DNA of 64,000 nt from an uncultured archaeon. GTDB lineage: Archaea > Iainarchaeota > Iainarchaeia > Iainarchaeales > 1-14-0-10-31-34. Below are positions 16,586 to 24,153 of the stretch, one piece after another. The notes beneath the pieces were generated by a model. The model worked only from the letters and a program-made list of their open reading frames with translations. It was not told the origin of the DNA and made no database searches. Made by a program: the position numbers and the translations under genes. The stretch's first letter is position 1. Each line of letters opens with the position of its first letter. The DNA is taken from NCBI GenBank assembly GCA_964608675.1, contig CAZSOZ010000003.1, forward strand, positions 10,900-74,899, written 5' to 3'.

Positions 16586-18918
16586 TGAGAAGAACCCAGA
16601 AAAAAGAAAAAGAAGTTTATGAAACCAGAAAAGTTTCTCCTGGAGAATTATATAAGGGAATTTCTTATTCAGGAACAAAATTTGGTGAAGAAACAAAATT
16701 ATTAAAAAAAAAAGAGCATTGGTTTGTTGTTTTCTGCAAAAAATTTTTTAGTTCATTTCCTTCTCTTGGAAAAGGAGCAAAATATTCAAAAAAATACAGG
16801 GAAGCCATTGATTTCCTTGGATGGAATCTTTCTCCTGAAGAATTTTCTGCTTCAATTAAACTGACAATGATTGCTTCAATTATTTTTGCTTTTATTTTGT
16901 TTGTTTTAGCAATTTCTTTTGGGGCAGTTGAAGCAATAACAGAGTTTACCGGAAGCTCTTTGCTTGCTTATTTTTATCTTTTTGTTCCTTTAATTTTGAT
17001 TGTTTATTTTGCAGTAAATTTTGTTCAAAAGTTTCCGTTGAATGAAGCAAAAGTTGAACAAGTTCGTGCATTAACTTTTGTTCCTGAAATCATGGGGTAC
17101 ATGATTATGTCCATGAAGCTTGTTCCTAATTTAGAGAAAGCAGTTGAGTTTGCTGCAACACACGGAAGAGGAAAAATTGCAGAAGACCTTAAAAAAGTTA
17201 TTTGGAATGTTGAACTTGGCATTCATAAATCTTTAAGCGAAGGCTTGGATGAAATGGCTTACAATTGGGGAAAATTTTCTGATGAATTTAAGTCTTCTTT
17301 GATGATGATTCGTGCTTCGGTTTTGGAAACCAGTGAAGCAAAACGCTATCAGATTCTTGACAAAACAATGGAGCAAACCCTTGAAAGCATTAAAACCAAA
17401 ATGGAGCAGTATGCAAGAGAATTATCTCAGCCTACAGTTGTATTGTTTTATTTAGGTGTTTTACTGCCTTTAATTTTAATTATTGTTTTGCCTGTTGGCT
17501 CTGCTTTTTCCGGACAAGGTTTAGCGAGGCCGGAAATCCTTGTTTTAATTTATAATATTTTAATTCCTGGCGCAACATTTGTTTTTGCTTTGAATGTTTT
17601 AAGAAACAGGCCTCCAACTTATGAGCCTCCGAAAATTCCTGATGGCCATCCTTCTCTTCCAAAAAAATATCAAATGAAATTAGGAAAAAATTTTGTTGAT
17701 TTAAGGTTTGTAATGCTTGCAGTTTTAATTGCTGGAGCAGGCTTGACTTGGTTTTTTCATTCCAACGGAATAGTGTTTGAATTTGATCAAGAAAAGCTTA
17801 CTATTATTCCTCCTGACAGAACAAAAGAATTTGTTTTGGAAAGAGTTAACCGGCCTGAAAACTGGTATAACGAAGATGGTCCTTTTGTCCAGCAGTTGAT
17901 TTCAAGAGGAGTTGAACTTCAAGCCGCACAAAAAACTGTTGCTGCAGAAAAAGCAATGTTTTTTATGAAACCTGAAAATGATATTACTCCATACAATTTA
18001 ATTTTTGGTTCGCTTTTAACTTTTGCTTTAATGTTTTTCATTTATTTTAATTTCACTTCAATTTACAAAAGAAAAGTTCAGGAAGAAACAATGGAAATGG
18101 AATCAGAATTTAAAGACTCCCTTTATGTTATTGCTTCCCGAATGGGAGAAAATAAGCCGGTTGAAGAATCTTTAAGGCATGCACAAAATTTTCTGCCTGA
18201 TTATGTTATTTCCCAAAAGCTTTTCGGTAAAACCGTTGACAACATTAATTTATTAGGCATGCCTTTGGAGAACGCTGTTTTTGACCCGAATTATGGTGCA
18301 TTAAAACATAATCCTTCTAATATAATCCGCAGTTCAATGAAATTGCTGGTTGATTCAGTTAAAATGGGAGTTGAAGTTTCTGCCAGAACTTTAATGTCTC
18401 TTTCACTTCAGCTTAAAAACTCTGAAAAAGTAAACAAAACTCTTTCAATTTTAGTTAAAGAAATTACGTCCACTATGAAAACAATGGCAGTGTTTATTGC
18501 ACCGGTTGTTTTGGGTATCACGACTGCTTTGCAGAAAGTTGTAATGATTTCTATGGGTTCAATTATTTCTGAAGGATCCCTTGATTCTGTTTCAGGAAAC
18601 ATAAGCAACGTGGATTTAGCCGGAGCAAATTTGGGTTCAGGGTTATCCAGCCAGCTGAGTGCTTTTTCTTCTTCTATTTCAAGTTTTAAAATGGATCCCG
18701 AAGTTTTTGCTTCGCTTGTTTCTCCTGCTCAATTCACTTTTATTATTGCTTTGTATGTAATTGAAATAGTAATTATTTTAACTTACTTTACTTCCAAACT
18801 GGAAGAAGATAATAATGTTCTGGCTACTTTGAGGATTGCAAAAGCTTTGCCGGTTGCTTTGACTGTTTTTGTTCTGGCAATCATTGTTTCAAATTCAGTT
18901 GTTGGAGGCTTCATGTAA
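16585..18918 (+). CDS. FlaJ/TadC-like polytopic platform protein (two T2SSF domains fused, plus a C-terminal extension)
   Basis: 777 aa. Two T2SSF-like soluble domains (VPEIMGYMIMSMKLVPNLEKAVEFAA..., YVIASRMGENKPVEESLRHAQNFLP...) are each flanked by TM helices. The ATG overlaps the ATPase stop (TAATG), which is translational coupling. The C-terminal third has extra TM segments and Ser/Gly-rich stretches. Confidence 0.8.
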   Translation: MRRTQKKEKEVYETRKVSPGELYKGISYSGTKFGEETKLLKKKEHWFVVFCKKFFSSFPSLGKGAKYSKKYREAIDFLGWNLSPEEFSASIKLTMIASIIFAFILFVLAISFGAVEAITEFTGSSLLAYFYLFVPLILIVYFAVNFVQKFPLNEAKVEQVRALTFVPEIMGYMIMSMKLVPNLEKAVEFAATHGRGKIAEDLKKVIWNVELGIHKSLSEGLDEMAYNWGKFSDEFKSSLMMIRASVLETSEAKRYQILDKTMEQTLESIKTKMEQYARELSQPTVVLFYLGVLLPLILIIVLPVGSAFSGQGLARPEILVLIYNILIPGATFVFALNVLRNRPPTYEPPKIPDGHPSLPKKYQMKLGKNFVDLRFVMLAVLIAGAGLTWFFHSNGIVFEFDQEKLTIIPPDRTKEFVLERVNRPENWYNEDGPFVQQLISRGVELQAAQKTVAAEKAMFFMKPENDITPYNLIFGSLLTFALMFFIYFNFTSIYKRKVQEETMEMESEFKDSLYVIASRMGENKPVEESLRHAQNFLPDYVISQKLFGKTVDNINLLGMPLENAVFDPNYGALKHNPSNIIRSSMKLLVDSVKMGVEVSARTLMSLSLQLKNSEKVNKTLSILVKEITSTMKTMAVFIAPVVLGITTALQKVVMISMGSIISEGSLDSVSGNISNVDLAGANLGSGLSSQLSAFSSSISSFKMDPEVFASLVSPAQFTFIIALYVIEIVIILTYFTSKLEEDNNVLATLRIAKALPVALTVFVLAIIVSNSVVGGFM

Positions 18919-18993
18919 ACCGTCACGCTCGTTTTATATGCGTGCACTGTCTTTGCTGTGCTAGACAGGGCTTAATAATTTTAAGGTGGTAAA

Positions 18994-19500
18994 ATGGTTA
19001 ATCAAAAAGGACAGTCTTTTGAAGTATTTAATTTGTTGATTGGAGCAATTCTTGCTTTGGCTATTCTTGTAATTATTATTTCTATTATTAATTATCTTGA
19101 AGAAATCAAAGTTGATTCAAGCCTTGAAGCAATTGAACAAAAATTAAAGAATGCTTCTCAGTCTCCTGATGGACGTATTTTTGTTTCAAATGAAGTTGTT
19201 ATTCCAAAAGATTACAGTTTTAATTCAAAGCAGGTTTCAAAGATTTTGAATATTTCAGAGGAATGCGTTGAATTTGATTTTCCTCAGAACGCGAAATGGG
19301 CTGTTTATCCAAACAGTCCTGAACGAAACCTTGTTTTTTTTCCTAAGCGAATTGAAACAAATTTTTATGTTGTCTGCCAGTCTTCTGATGAAAGACTTTA
19401 CCATAGTGATTTTTCTTTAATGCAGTGCCCTGCAGATTCGTGTGTTGAATTCTGCTGTCTGCTTTCTTTTGGAGTGAATCCTAAAACAGCTAATGAATGA
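18994..19500 (+). CDS. Class-III signal peptide (type IV) pilin-like protein, Cys-rich
   Basis: The N-terminus MVNQKG|QSFEVFNLLIGAILALAILVIII is the archaeal prepilin motif (KG|Q plus hydrophobic helix). GGTGG Shine-Dalgarno lies 5 nt upstream. There are 7 Cys in the globular part. Confidence 0.75.
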   Translation: MVNQKGQSFEVFNLLIGAILALAILVIIISIINYLEEIKVDSSLEAIEQKLKNASQSPDGRIFVSNEVVIPKDYSFNSKQVSKILNISEECVEFDFPQNAKWAVYPNSPERNLVFFPKRIETNFYVVCQSSDERLYHSDFSLMQCPADSCVEFCCLLSFGVNPKTANE

Positions 19501-19559
19501 TTTCTTAAAACTAAAGCTTTAAATATTTCTTTGGTTTTCTTTTTAGTGGTGATGTTTTT

Positions 19560-20099
19560 ATGTTAAACCAAAAGGGACAGGAGTTCAGTGTATTCAAATT
19601 ATTAATTTCTGCTATTGTTGCAATAGTTGTTTTGACTTTGCTTTTGAATATTCTTGGAATAGTTGATTTTAATCCAAACACTGATCCGGCAGAAGCAGCA
19701 AAGAATCTTTTGACAAGCGTGGATAACTCTAATTTTCAGGAAAAGATAAGCGACAGAATTGATTTTACTTCTGAGAACAGCATTAATTCAAAAGCTTTAT
19801 CTGATGCTACGGGTTTATCTGAAAACCAAATTTGTTTGCTTGTATCAGAAGAACTTACTGACAGAGGTTTTACTTCAAACGGAAAACTTATAACTTATGC
19901 CAACAATAGTTCTATTAGAGTTAAATTAGCAGGCATTTGTGCTGAAGCATCTGATTTCAGGGAAAACGATTTTTTATCATCATATACTAAAACCATGGCT
20001 GAAGAAGTTCCTGCAGATCTTGGGGATTGTAGTTTTGTTTCAGAATCAGATTCCACTGGAAGAGCATGTTTGATGGTTTTAATTCGTTCAAATGAATAA
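19560..20099 (+). CDS. Class-III signal peptide pilin-like protein
   Basis: The N-terminus MLNQKG|QEFSVFKLLISAIVAIVVLTLLL is paralogous to the preceding pilin. GGTGA Shine-Dalgarno lies upstream. Confidence 0.75.
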   Translation: MLNQKGQEFSVFKLLISAIVAIVVLTLLLNILGIVDFNPNTDPAEAAKNLLTSVDNSNFQEKISDRIDFTSENSINSKALSDATGLSENQICLLVSEELTDRGFTSNGKLITYANNSSIRVKLAGICAEASDFRENDFLSSYTKTMAEEVPADLGDCSFVSESDSTGRACLMVLIRSNE

Positions 20100-20204
20100 A
20101 TTTTTAAGAAAAGTTTTAGCAAAATGTACAGCGTAAAAAACCGTACTCTCAAACTTATTTTTTTTTAATTAACTTTAAATACCAGTTTAGCCTTATTTTT
20201 TGTT

Positions 20205-20354
20205 ATGGAATTATTAAAGGAAAATAAAGCGCAAAGCGAATGGAATTCTGTTTACATGCTGATAGTTTTGATTATTGCTGTACTGTTGTTGATTACTGTT
20301 ATTAAGCCGATGTTTGAAAAAAGCCAGCAGATAAACAAGCCGATAGGAGGCTGA
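20205..20354 (+). CDS. Small (49 aa) single-TM ORF inside the pilin operon
   Basis: Hand-found ORF below the 60-aa track cutoff: MELLKENKAQSEWNSVYMLIVLIIAVLLLITVIKPMFEKSQQINKPIGG, ending in TGA. Its end overlaps the AGGAGG Shine-Dalgarno of the next pilin gene. Confidence 0.25.
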   Translation: MELLKENKAQSEWNSVYMLIVLIIAVLLLITVIKPMFEKSQQINKPIGG

Positions 20355-20358
20355 TTTT

Positions 20359-20907
20359 TTGTTTTGCAGAGGACAAGAGGAAGCGCCTTTTCAGTTGCTA
20401 GTTGCAGTTATTTTAATGACTTTTGTTATTATTGTGGGCTTGAATGCAATGAATGAAGCTTCAAGAGAAAAATGTTTTAATAATACAGAAAAATTATTGA
20501 ATGACTTAAAGCAGTCAATTGAAAAAACTGCTATTTATAAACAGCCGTCTTCTATTAATTTTAATCCTCCTGGATGCACTAAAAATGAATCTTTTGTTTT
20601 AATTAAATCAGATGAATCAAGAATTTGCAGTGAACTTTGCATGAATTCATCAAGCAGTTGTATTTTGTTAAGATACAAAACTGTTGAAATAACTGAAATT
20701 CAGGATAAATGCATTAACATTTCTTATGACACTCAATTCAGACATTATGCTGATGACTGGGATTCCGGATGCATGCATCTTGAAGGATACACTGGAATTT
20801 CAATTGATTCACAGGGTTTTATTCCGGGAGTTTATCAGTTTTTGTATTCTGAAACTTCAGGAACAACAAGCCCTGTTGTGTGTGTTTATATTAAAGAAAA
20901 AAATTGA
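20359..20907 (+). CDS. Class-III signal peptide pilin-like protein, Cys-rich
   Basis: The N-terminus MFCRG|QEEAPFQLLVAVILMTFVIIVGL, with 10 Cys in the globular domain. AGGAGG Shine-Dalgarno lies upstream. Confidence 0.7.
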   Translation: MFCRGQEEAPFQLLVAVILMTFVIIVGLNAMNEASREKCFNNTEKLLNDLKQSIEKTAIYKQPSSINFNPPGCTKNESFVLIKSDESRICSELCMNSSSSCILLRYKTVEITEIQDKCINISYDTQFRHYADDWDSGCMHLEGYTGISIDSQGFIPGVYQFLYSETSGTTSPVVCVYIKEKN

Positions 20908-20917
20908 GGTAATTTGA

Positions 20918-21565
20918 ATGCTGGGTTTTACTTTAAGCAAAATAAATTTGTTGATTTTTGTAGTTTCAGTTTTTTCAATTATTTTGTTTTTTATTTTTAG
21001 TTTTTCAACTATTTTAATTGAAAACATTGCAAATGATTATGTAAGAATTCATGCACAGGATGCTTTTACTTTGGTTGGCTCGCCTTCTTTGTGTGCCTCA
21101 CAAATTCATTATTTAAAAGATTCACTTGAATCTAATTCAGGGAATTCAGGAAGAGGATTATATTATATTATGGACATAAAGAAAGCTGAAGGAAATGAAA
21201 TGAATAAAATGATTTTTGCTTTGGCTCCAAGGAAAACTCCTGAACAGTTTATGGCTGCTGCTTCTTTTGACACTGAAGCAGACATAAAATTTTTTGATTT
21301 TCAAGAATTAACCAGCAATAACTGTGATGAATTTAATGCTCCTGCTTGTTCTTCAATTAATCTTTATGATTCAAATATTTTGCTTGACCCTCAGGCTTTG
21401 CTTCCATCTAATGCATACGTTCTATTAAAAGAAGTTGTGTCAGGAGAAACAACTGTTTATGTTATTCCCTGCAGTAACAGGCAGGGTTCTGATTGCAGGG
21501 TGCTGTTTGAAAGAGCAGGCAATAAAATTCGTGAAGAGGGATTTAATTGTTCTTATGCAGATTGA
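20918..21565 (+). CDS. Pilin-like protein with a short G|FTL-type leader
   Basis: MLG|FTLSKINLLIFVVSVFSIILFFIF is a hydrophobic N-terminal helix after a Gly. This is the same G|FTL leader type as the 597-aa protein. It lies in the same tightly packed operon. Confidence 0.55.
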   Translation: MLGFTLSKINLLIFVVSVFSIILFFIFSFSTILIENIANDYVRIHAQDAFTLVGSPSLCASQIHYLKDSLESNSGNSGRGLYYIMDIKKAEGNEMNKMIFALAPRKTPEQFMAAASFDTEADIKFFDFQELTSNNCDEFNAPACSSINLYDSNILLDPQALLPSNAYVLLKEVVSGETTVYVIPCSNRQGSDCRVLFERAGNKIREEGFNCSYAD

Positions 21566-22047
21566 ACCAGAAAGCATATCTTGGCCCGATTGGAGATGAC
21601 CTTCCTTCTTTGATTCCTTTAATGTTTGCTTTGGTGATTTTCTTTTCTTCTTTTTATTCTGCAGTAAATGTTTATAATGACAGGACAGTTGATTTTGAAA
21701 ACGATATCGCGGTCGTGCAAATTTCTGCTTCTTTAAGGGGAACAGGATTAGTTTCTTCTTTGGAGCAGTTTCATAATTCCTGCAATGCATTAAATGTCAG
21801 ACAGCCTTATTTTTCTGCGGGCTTAATTGACTTAAACAAAGATGTTAATATATTTGATTTAAGGGAAAATTATTTGTTTGAAGGCAGTGAATTATATGAA
21901 TGTTCTAATGTTGTTCCTGAAAAAATTTTAACCAAAGAAAAAGTCCTTCAGCCTAATTCAAAGGTTGTTGTAAGAACTTATCCGTTAATTCTTCAAAGAA
22001 ACGAAGTTTCTTTGCCTGTAAAGCTGGTGGTTGTTGCATGGGAATAA
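21562..22047 (+). CDS. Pilin-like protein (start ambiguous)
   Basis: The track ORF starts at TTG 21547. A second in-frame TTG at 21562 overlaps the upstream stop (TTGA) and gives (M)NQKAY|LGPIGDDLPSLIPLMFALVIFF, echoing the MxNQKG leaders of pilins 1 and 2. A hydrophobic helix follows. Confidence 0.5.
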   Translation: MNQKAYLGPIGDDLPSLIPLMFALVIFFSSFYSAVNVYNDRTVDFENDIAVVQISASLRGTGLVSSLEQFHNSCNALNVRQPYFSAGLIDLNKDVNIFDLRENYLFEGSELYECSNVVPEKILTKEKVLQPNSKVVVRTYPLILQRNEVSLPVKLVVVAWE

Positions 22048-22757
22048 TGAATTCAAGAGGACAGGCTGCAATAACTGATGCATTGTTTTTTTTGGTTATT
22101 GTAATGTCTTTGGTTGTATTTCTTTTCTTTTTTACTTCTCAGTACGGCAGAAGTGTAGGGGAATATTCTGATTCAAAGTATAGCTCTGATTATGCTTCCA
22201 GTGCACTGAAAACTGTTTTATATTCTTCTTTTGCAAGAGACGGTCTTCCTTTGTGTATTGAAGAAAGCTGTTCAAAGGAAGTCGATTTTTTGATTGCTGC
22301 AATTAAAGAAGATTATGCTGACGACAAAAACATTAATTATTTTAAGGATGAATTAACTGAATCAATTAAATTGGTTATGAAGCCTGTAAGAAATTCTTTT
22401 GATTTCATGCTGTTCATTAAAATTTCTTCTGATTCTGTTCCTAAATACCCTTATTTTTTTATTTCAAGAAAAGAGTTTTCTTATCAGGATCAAGGGCCTT
22501 TTGTTTCTGATGTTCAGTCTGAAGAAAAAAATTATTACTGTAATGTTTCTCAGAGTTCTTCTTTTAATCAAAATAAAATAGATGAATTTATTGTTTTTAC
22601 CGGAGTAAAAGGACTGGCTGTTTCTTCTTTGTGGTTTCCTTTGGTTAATACAATCGAATACGATAAAGGAGAAATTGATTTGATTTTATGGAATCCCAAA
22701 GATTTTAATGAAAGCCAAAAAGTGTTTAAAGAATTGGACTGCCAGCTGATTGAATAA
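22038..22757 (+). CDS. Class-III signal peptide pilin-like protein
   Basis: MGIMNSRG|QAAITDALFFLVIVMSLVVFLFFF. An alternative ATG at 22047 overlaps the upstream stop (TAATG). The body is Cys-containing. Confidence 0.65.
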   Translation: MGIMNSRGQAAITDALFFLVIVMSLVVFLFFFTSQYGRSVGEYSDSKYSSDYASSALKTVLYSSFARDGLPLCIEESCSKEVDFLIAAIKEDYADDKNINYFKDELTESIKLVMKPVRNSFDFMLFIKISSDSVPKYPYFFISRKEFSYQDQGPFVSDVQSEEKNYYCNVSQSSSFNQNKIDEFIVFTGVKGLAVSSLWFPLVNTIEYDKGEIDLILWNPKDFNESQKVFKELDCQLIE

Positions 22758-23558
22758 TTATTTTTTGGTTACGTGTCCGCAGTGAGGACACAAATATTTT
22801 GTTTTGTTTCCTTCTTTGTGTTTTATTTTTGTGCATTTGTCGCAGTAAGCGTTTCCGCATTTGGAGCAAAAAATCAGTTCATTAAATTGCTGTCCGCAGT
22901 TAATGCATTTTCCTTTTTCTTTTTTTTCTGTTTCTTTTTGTGATTCAATGGTTTTTTTTTGAATTCCTTTTTTTTCTTCACTTAAATCCAAATCTAATTT
23001 AAATCCTTCAATTTCTTTTTTTTTCAGTTTCCCTGTTTTTGCTGGTTTTGTTTCTCCAAGCAAATCTTTGATGTTTGTTCCTTTCATTTCCGGAAACTCA
23101 ATTTCATTTTTTTCTTCTGTTTTTTCTTTTCTTTTTCTTTCTGTTTCTTTTTTTGTTTCTTCTTTTTTGTTTTCTTTTTTTTCTGTTTCTGTTTTTTTAG
23201 GTTCTTCTTTGATTTCTTTTCTTTCTTTTAGTCTTTCCATTCTTCTTTTTTTCCATAAAGGAATTTCTTCTTTTCCTTCTTTTTTTCCTGCAATTTTTTT
23301 TGATATTTCTTCTGCTTTCTTTTTTTTCTTGTTCTTTTTTTCCTGTTTTTTTTGTTTTTTTTCTTGTTCTTTTCTTTTCATTTGTTCAAATATTGTTTCA
23401 GCTATTTTTTCCGGTTTCTCTTTTTGTATTTTAAGTTTTTCATTAAAATCTTTTTGTTTTTTTTTGGAAAGACTTTTAAGATTTTCAGATAACTTTTTTT
23501 CTTTTATATTTTTTTTCCTGTGAAATCTTTTAAGCCTTCGGGGTATTTTTTCTGCCAT
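22758..23558 (-). CDS. Lys/Glu-rich (KEKE-type) low-complexity protein with a C-terminal double CxxC zinc ribbon
   Basis: The 266-aa ORF is dominated by K/E repeats. The C-terminus is CINCGQQFNELIFCSKCGNAYCDKCTKIKHKEGNKTKYLCPHCGH, with four CxxC pairs. It is preferred over the antisense F/S-rich ORF at 23068..23523. Confidence 0.55.
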   Translation of the reverse strand: MAEKIPRRLKRFHRKKNIKEKKLSENLKSLSKKKQKDFNEKLKIQKEKPEKIAETIFEQMKRKEQEKKQKKQEKKNKKKKKAEEISKKIAGKKEGKEEIPLWKKRRMERLKERKEIKEEPKKTETEKKENKKEETKKETERKRKEKTEEKNEIEFPEMKGTNIKDLLGETKPAKTGKLKKKEIEGFKLDLDLSEEKKGIQKKTIESQKETEKKEKGKCINCGQQFNELIFCSKCGNAYCDKCTKIKHKEGNKTKYLCPHCGHVTKK

Positions 23559-23612
23559 ACATTAAATTAAAGCATTAGTTATTTATATTAGTTTTCTCTT
23601 ATTTTTCCTGTT

Positions 23613-24149
23613 ATGCCTAATAATTTTTTTATTGACTTGCTGGTATCTGTTTTTGATTTCCTTAGAGGAGCCTTTCTGCTTTCGGTTGTTATTTTTTTTC
23701 TTTTTTTAATCGGCTATTTTTTTTCCAGAAAAATTTTGGAAAAAAAATTTAATTTAAGCTGGATGCAGAAAACTTTTTTGAGCAGTTTTTTTGTTTTTGT
23801 TTTGCTTTTACTGGTTTTTTTTGTTTGGCCTGTAATTGAAGCTTTTTTGGCTGTTGATTTAGGTGTTGTCCCTGAACCTTTGAAGATGACTTTGCCTGAA
23901 TTTTTTTATTTAATTGTCTCTCTTTTAGTTAAGCTTATTGTCGCTTCTTTTATTTTTTCTTTGCTTGTTTTGCCTTTGGCTTTTTTTGGGGTTTTTGTTT
24001 TTGATTTTATTTCCAAAAGGTTTAACTGGAATACGTTCATTAATTTCTTTTTAGCATGTTTTGCTTCAACCATTTTAGGGTATTTTTTGGTTTTGTTTTT
24101 GTTTCCATGGATTATTGCAGGAGCATTGTATTTGGTGTATTTTGGGTGA
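23613..24149 (+). CDS. Small polytopic membrane protein, unknown function
   Basis: 178 aa with 4-5 hydrophobic segments. Its stop lies immediately before the start of the 1490-aa gene. Confidence 0.45.
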   Translation: MPNNFFIDLLVSVFDFLRGAFLLSVVIFFLFLIGYFFSRKILEKKFNLSWMQKTFLSSFFVFVLLLLVFFVWPVIEAFLAVDLGVVPEPLKMTLPEFFYLIVSLLVKLIVASFIFSLLVLPLAFFGVFVFDFISKRFNWNTFINFFLACFASTILGYFLVLFLFPWIIAGALYLVYFG

Positions 24150-24153
24150 ATGA

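Noticed and set aside
21440-21790. 116-aa minus-strand ORF overlapping pilin genes 4 and 5
   Set aside because: It is antisense to a tightly coupled operon with clear pilin signatures. The basic low-complexity product is typical of spurious antisense ORFs.
23068-23523. 151-aa plus-strand ORF (F/S-rich) overlapping the K/E-rich zinc-ribbon gene
   Set aside because: It is the antisense frame of a poly-AAG/GAA-rich gene. The minus-strand product has a recognisable CxxC zinc ribbon, so the plus ORF is considered spurious.
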